Part shown: positions 62,301 to 64,000 of the stretch, one piece after another | How the letters are laid out: each line of letters opens with the position of its first letter | How positions within the stretch are numbered: position 1 is the stretch's first letter | Source of the DNA: Octopus sinensis | Lineage: Eukaryota | DNA: 64,000 nucleotides | Direction: 5' to 3' | Assembly: GCF_006345805.1 (NCBI RefSeq) | Contig: NC_042998.1 | Span: 68,448,001-68,512,000, forward strand | Notes under the pieces: generated by a model | Database searches by the model: none | Seen by the model: only the letters and a program-made list of their open reading frames with translations | What the model was told of the DNA's origin: nothing | Program-made: the position numbers and the translations under genes

Positions 62301-63276
62301 CTGATGATGATGACTCTGGCAGCATTCATGATAGTGGCATTGAAGATGTGAAGTCAGGAAAGAAGAAAGTTAAAAGCAACATCTCTGATGATGATGAGAG
62401 TGAAGAAGATGACGATGGTGGTGGTGATGATGACGACGATGATGATGATGCTGACGATGAGGGTGATGACGACGAGGGTGATGACGATGATGATGAATCT
62501 GATATAAATGACAGTGACATAGAAGACAGCCAAGTCGAAGACAAGGCATCAAAGAAGAAAGGTAAAAATAATTTTTTCTTTCTAAATTTCATTTCTATAT
62601 GGTTACCCAGCCTGCTAGAAACAGCAGCTAAGTCTCCTTCAAATCACACCCAACTGCCTATATATTTCTTTATTCTAACCAAAAAGGAAGTGTGAAGCTG
62701 TGTAGCCTATCAGTTAAGATGTGCACCCATTCACAAGATTATGGTCTTGGTTTGCAGATCAGGTACATAATAATGTTCTTGAGCAAGACACTTCATTTCA
62801 GAACATTGTTTCATTCTACTCAACTGTAAACAAGTTTCCCTGTAACAGACTGGTATTTCTCTGTGATCTCAGTCAATTATATATGCCATGGGAACCAGTA
62901 AACCAGCTCTGTGGGTCGTGGAACTCAAGACAATAACATCCAATGGGTTAATAAGGATTTTTCTTCTTTCTTCTTTGGGTGCCATGTCCAGAATGTAGGA
63001 CATAGGCAATCGTGTCCTGCTACAACTCTCTGTTCTTTGTTTTCTGTAACAATTCCACTTCCTTGGCCAGGTTGGTTGTTTGGGCCAAAAAGCTTTTCGG
63101 CCAGCTGCAGCCAGGTTGGTAATGAAACGGTTAATGGTTCTTCTTCTTCATCATCATCACTTAACATTTCTTATTTGTGGTTTATTTCTTGTGTTGATGT
63201 TTATTCCAGCTCAAACCAACAAACAGCTGCAGAACAAAAAGAGTGATGTTAATCAAGGAAGAACCATTTTTATCAG
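39473..63276 (+). CDS. RBM28: RNA-binding protein 28 (RBM28 / Nop4, nucleolar multi-RRM ribosome biogenesis factor), 5' part; 11 exons, continues past right edge
   Basis: Manually spliced exons, all GT-AG with consistent phases: 39473-39605, 43877-43925, 45286-45410, 49977-50070, 52050-52177, 53436-53536, 55579-55651, 58127-58219, 60020-60094, 62166-62561, 63210-63276. Motifs TLFVR, GPVKRAFVIKEKG, RGFGYVTYS, RLIVRNLSFK, GFGFIQF, VAIDWA, an acidic tract and SDVNQGRTIFIR match human RBM28 as recalled. Confidence 0.93.
40903..41295 (+). mobile_element. tRNA-derived SINE, most abundant family (GGCGCAGGAGTGGCTGTGTGGTAAG head), representative copy
   Basis: B-box-like GGTTCAGTCCC, central (TA)/(TG) repeat, conserved tail GCTCCAGCATGGCCGCAGTCAAATGACTGAAAC; at least 15 copies on both strands (e.g. 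15912, 18874, 21160, 21830, 25722, 37347, 38462, 53630). Probably one of the described octopus OK/OR SINEs (not verified). Confidence 0.85.
42811..43324 (+). mobile_element. Non-autonomous Helitron
   Basis: TCTCTCTATATATAAACGGCAG start, ...GCTGCTAG|T end; homologous to 24406-24789. Confidence 0.65.
43877..43925 (+). CDS. RBM28: RBM28 exon 2 (GENKKNRGFGYVTYSF)
   Basis: TTCTAG acceptor; RNP1 motif RGFGYVTY. Confidence 0.92.
45286..45410 (+). CDS. RBM28: RBM28 exon 3 (RDDAVKAMETIKEFDGRNIFITFADRR...PPAK)
   Basis: Polypyrimidine TGCAG acceptor, donor GTACGT; end of RRM1. Confidence 0.9.
47452..48318 (-). mobile_element. Tc1/mariner-type element with nested retroposon
   Basis: TA|CAGGGTGGCCACTGAAA ... 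TTTCAGTAGCCACCCTG|TA; minus-strand remnant WSERTGSVGDLPGRG resembles a transposase HTH region. Confidence 0.75.
48590..49780. mobile_element. Extremely AT-rich block, probable decayed Penelope-like element, with hammerhead motif at 48841-48923(-)
   Basis: GGAC-CTGAAGA-GCGACTATATTT..32 nt..AAATATAGCCAC-GAAA-CACATA-TT-GTTC. Confidence 0.45.
49977..50070 (+). CDS. RBM28: RBM28 exon 4 (RLESSKYLRARTVVVSQIPKNTPLEKIEKLA)
   Basis: TTTCTAG acceptor, GTAAGA donor; supplies the phase 1 to 2 link required between exons 3 and 5. Confidence 0.85.
52050..52177 (+). CDS. RBM28: RBM28 exon 5 (KSLKKVINMEYKDAETNPTVLLHFKSIREAKMALRKLDNSQFR)
   Basis: Poly-T GACAG acceptor, GTAATA donor; overlaps ORF 52072..52290. 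Confidence 0.87.
52645..53107. mobile_element. Palindromic element: two divergent arms, each tRNA-like head + (AAT)n + Penelope-type hammerhead tail
   Basis: Arms are near reverse complements; heads TGGCATAGTGGTTAAG...GTTTGATTC; hammerheads at 52686-52731(-) and 53024-53066(+). Confidence 0.8.
53436..53536 (+). CDS. RBM28: RBM28 exon 6 (GVTLKAIQQ...RRLIVRNLSFK)
   Basis: TTTCCAG acceptor, GTATGT donor; RNP2 of the canonical second RRM. Confidence 0.92.
54293..54605 (+). mobile_element. Helentron-associated (HINE/DINE-like) element
   Basis: Subterminal IR CTTCCTCCTTAGCAAAGGCAGAGGT, (GTTT)n microsatellite, 3' GCCTTGGCAGAGGT; inverted copy at 56799-57160. Confidence 0.6.
54860..55085 (-). mobile_element. 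R4/Dong-clade LINE 3' end
   Basis: IIIGAFGTLSKGIDKWLKEIGIKCPVELLQKVCLLGTGKITRKVL. Confidence 0.7.
55579..55651 (+). CDS. RBM28: RBM28 exon 7 (TTVENFKKTFEKFGEVLEAVIPSS)
   Basis: CTTAACAG acceptor, GTAAGT donor. Confidence 0.92.
56799..57160 (-). mobile_element. HINE-like element, second copy
   Basis: Reverse-complement homology to 54293-54605. Confidence 0.6.
58127..58219 (+). CDS. RBM28: RBM28 exon 8 (NNRSCGFGFIQFVDIRSADRAIKEMNAKEID)
   Basis: TTTCAG acceptor; RNP1 motif GFGFIQF. Confidence 0.92.
58890..59310 (-). mobile_element. RTE-clade LINE ORF2 C-terminal remnant
   Basis: PHQLLFAELASSIRPCGAPKLHFQDQLK...IDPNTWETIAKD, then a decayed zinc finger (LSLNSHLMH). Confidence 0.65.
60020..60094 (+). 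CDS. RBM28: RBM28 exon 9 (GRVVAIDWAISKTKYDKYKESLQQK)
   Basis: CTCTTACAG acceptor, GTCAGT donor; VAIDWA resembles human VAVDWA. Confidence 0.92.
60471..61023. mobile_element. Foldback mariner derivative with about 205-bp inverted arms made from the transposase 3' end
   Basis: Centre and right arm encode PHSPDLAPSDYHLFGPMKEGLRGKHY...RWNIVIERNGDYVEK*; 60471-60678 is the reverse complement of about 60808-61023. Confidence 0.85.
62166..62561 (+). CDS. RBM28: RBM28 exon 10, Asp-rich acidic tract
   Basis: TTTTAG acceptor, 396 nt open, GTAAAA donor; phase 1/1. Confidence 0.88.
63210..63276 (+). CDS. RBM28: RBM28 exon 11 (AQTNKQLQNKKSDVNQGRTIFIR)
   Basis: TTCCAG acceptor, GTAAAT donor; resembles human PSDVNEGKTVFIR (start of canonical RRM3). 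Confidence 0.92.
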
Positions 63277-64000
63277 GTAAATAAAATGTGTGGATGTGTT
63301 TTTGATGGCATCAATTAGTGGTGGGGGAAAGACAAATTTTGTGAGCTTTTTAAGGGTTTTCAAGCAGAGCCACCTTAAGACCCATAGAGGTACTAAGCAC
63401 TTACAAGATTCGGGGCTCCCATAGATATGTAATTCTAAATATAAACAATAATAAACCATAAAATAAATTTATACTTTTCAAAATGAAACAAAACTAACAG
63501 TAAGAGGGAAAAACTGTCCAATCCATGCTAGCATGGAAAACAAACATTGATGATGAGGATGATGATGGTGATGATGACTTCCACTTTATATTTGTAAAGT
63601 TTTCTCCTACTTTTTTTAATTGCAAAGTCTAATCAAATTCTCGAAATTAATCGCACATAACACATCTGCTTCTATATTTAGTAGAGATAAGGCATCCCAG
63701 ATATTTTTGCAAATTTAAAGTGATTTCTTTTGTGCCATAAACAATTTACCATTTCTTGATGTCGTAAGCATCTGCTAATTTCATTTCATGGTCAATCTAG
63801 AGCTGTCTCCAAGACTGATGAGAAGAAGAGACTTGGTCTGAATGAATGCAACAAAGTGGACTCTGCTAAAGGCATACAAGGGCCAGATCATCATCACCAT
63901 CATTATTACATCCATCTTCCATGCTGTCATGGTTGGATAGTTTGACAGGTTCCGACAAGCCAGAAGACTGCATTGTGCTCCAATGTCAGCTTTGGCTTAA

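Noticed and set aside
62326-62592. Ser-rich minus-strand ORF and His-rich alternative-frame ORF
   Set aside because: Shadows of the Asp-rich RBM28 exon
63801-63875. Possible next RBM28 exon (RAVSKTDEKKRLGLNEC...)
   Set aside because: No similarity to the expected RRM3 continuation (NLSFD...) and no GT donor; the real exon is probably beyond the window

Overview
Eukaryotic, AT-rich, repeat-dense genomic DNA, very probably from an octopus/coleoid cephalopod (inferred from the tRNA-derived SINE families and microsatellite load). The window holds the 5' halves of two intron-rich genes arranged head-to-head. (1) A CEP290 orthologue on the minus strand: 10 coding exons reconstructed by hand (32334 down to 1864, 340 codons), continuing off the left edge. 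(2) An RBM28/Nop4 orthologue on the plus strand: 11 coding exons (39473 to 63276, about 445 codons), continuing off the right edge. The supplied ORF track captures only fragments of these exons. Introns are filled with SINEs, R4/Dong, HERO and RTE LINE remnants, a 5'-half APE LINE, mariner/Tc1, hAT, piggyBac-type MITEs, Helitrons/Helentron-type elements, a probable solo LTR, a Gypsy gag remnant and microsatellites. The most notable observations are: at least nine Penelope-type minimal hammerhead-ribozyme motifs, including a palindromic element whose arms each join a tRNA-like Pol III head to a hammerhead; an apparent pattern in which sense-strand hammerheads are broken while the intact ones are antisense to the host; and an extra, degenerate RRM in RBM28 relative to the human protein. 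All homology calls rest on manual translation and recall of human protein sequences; no database searches were run.
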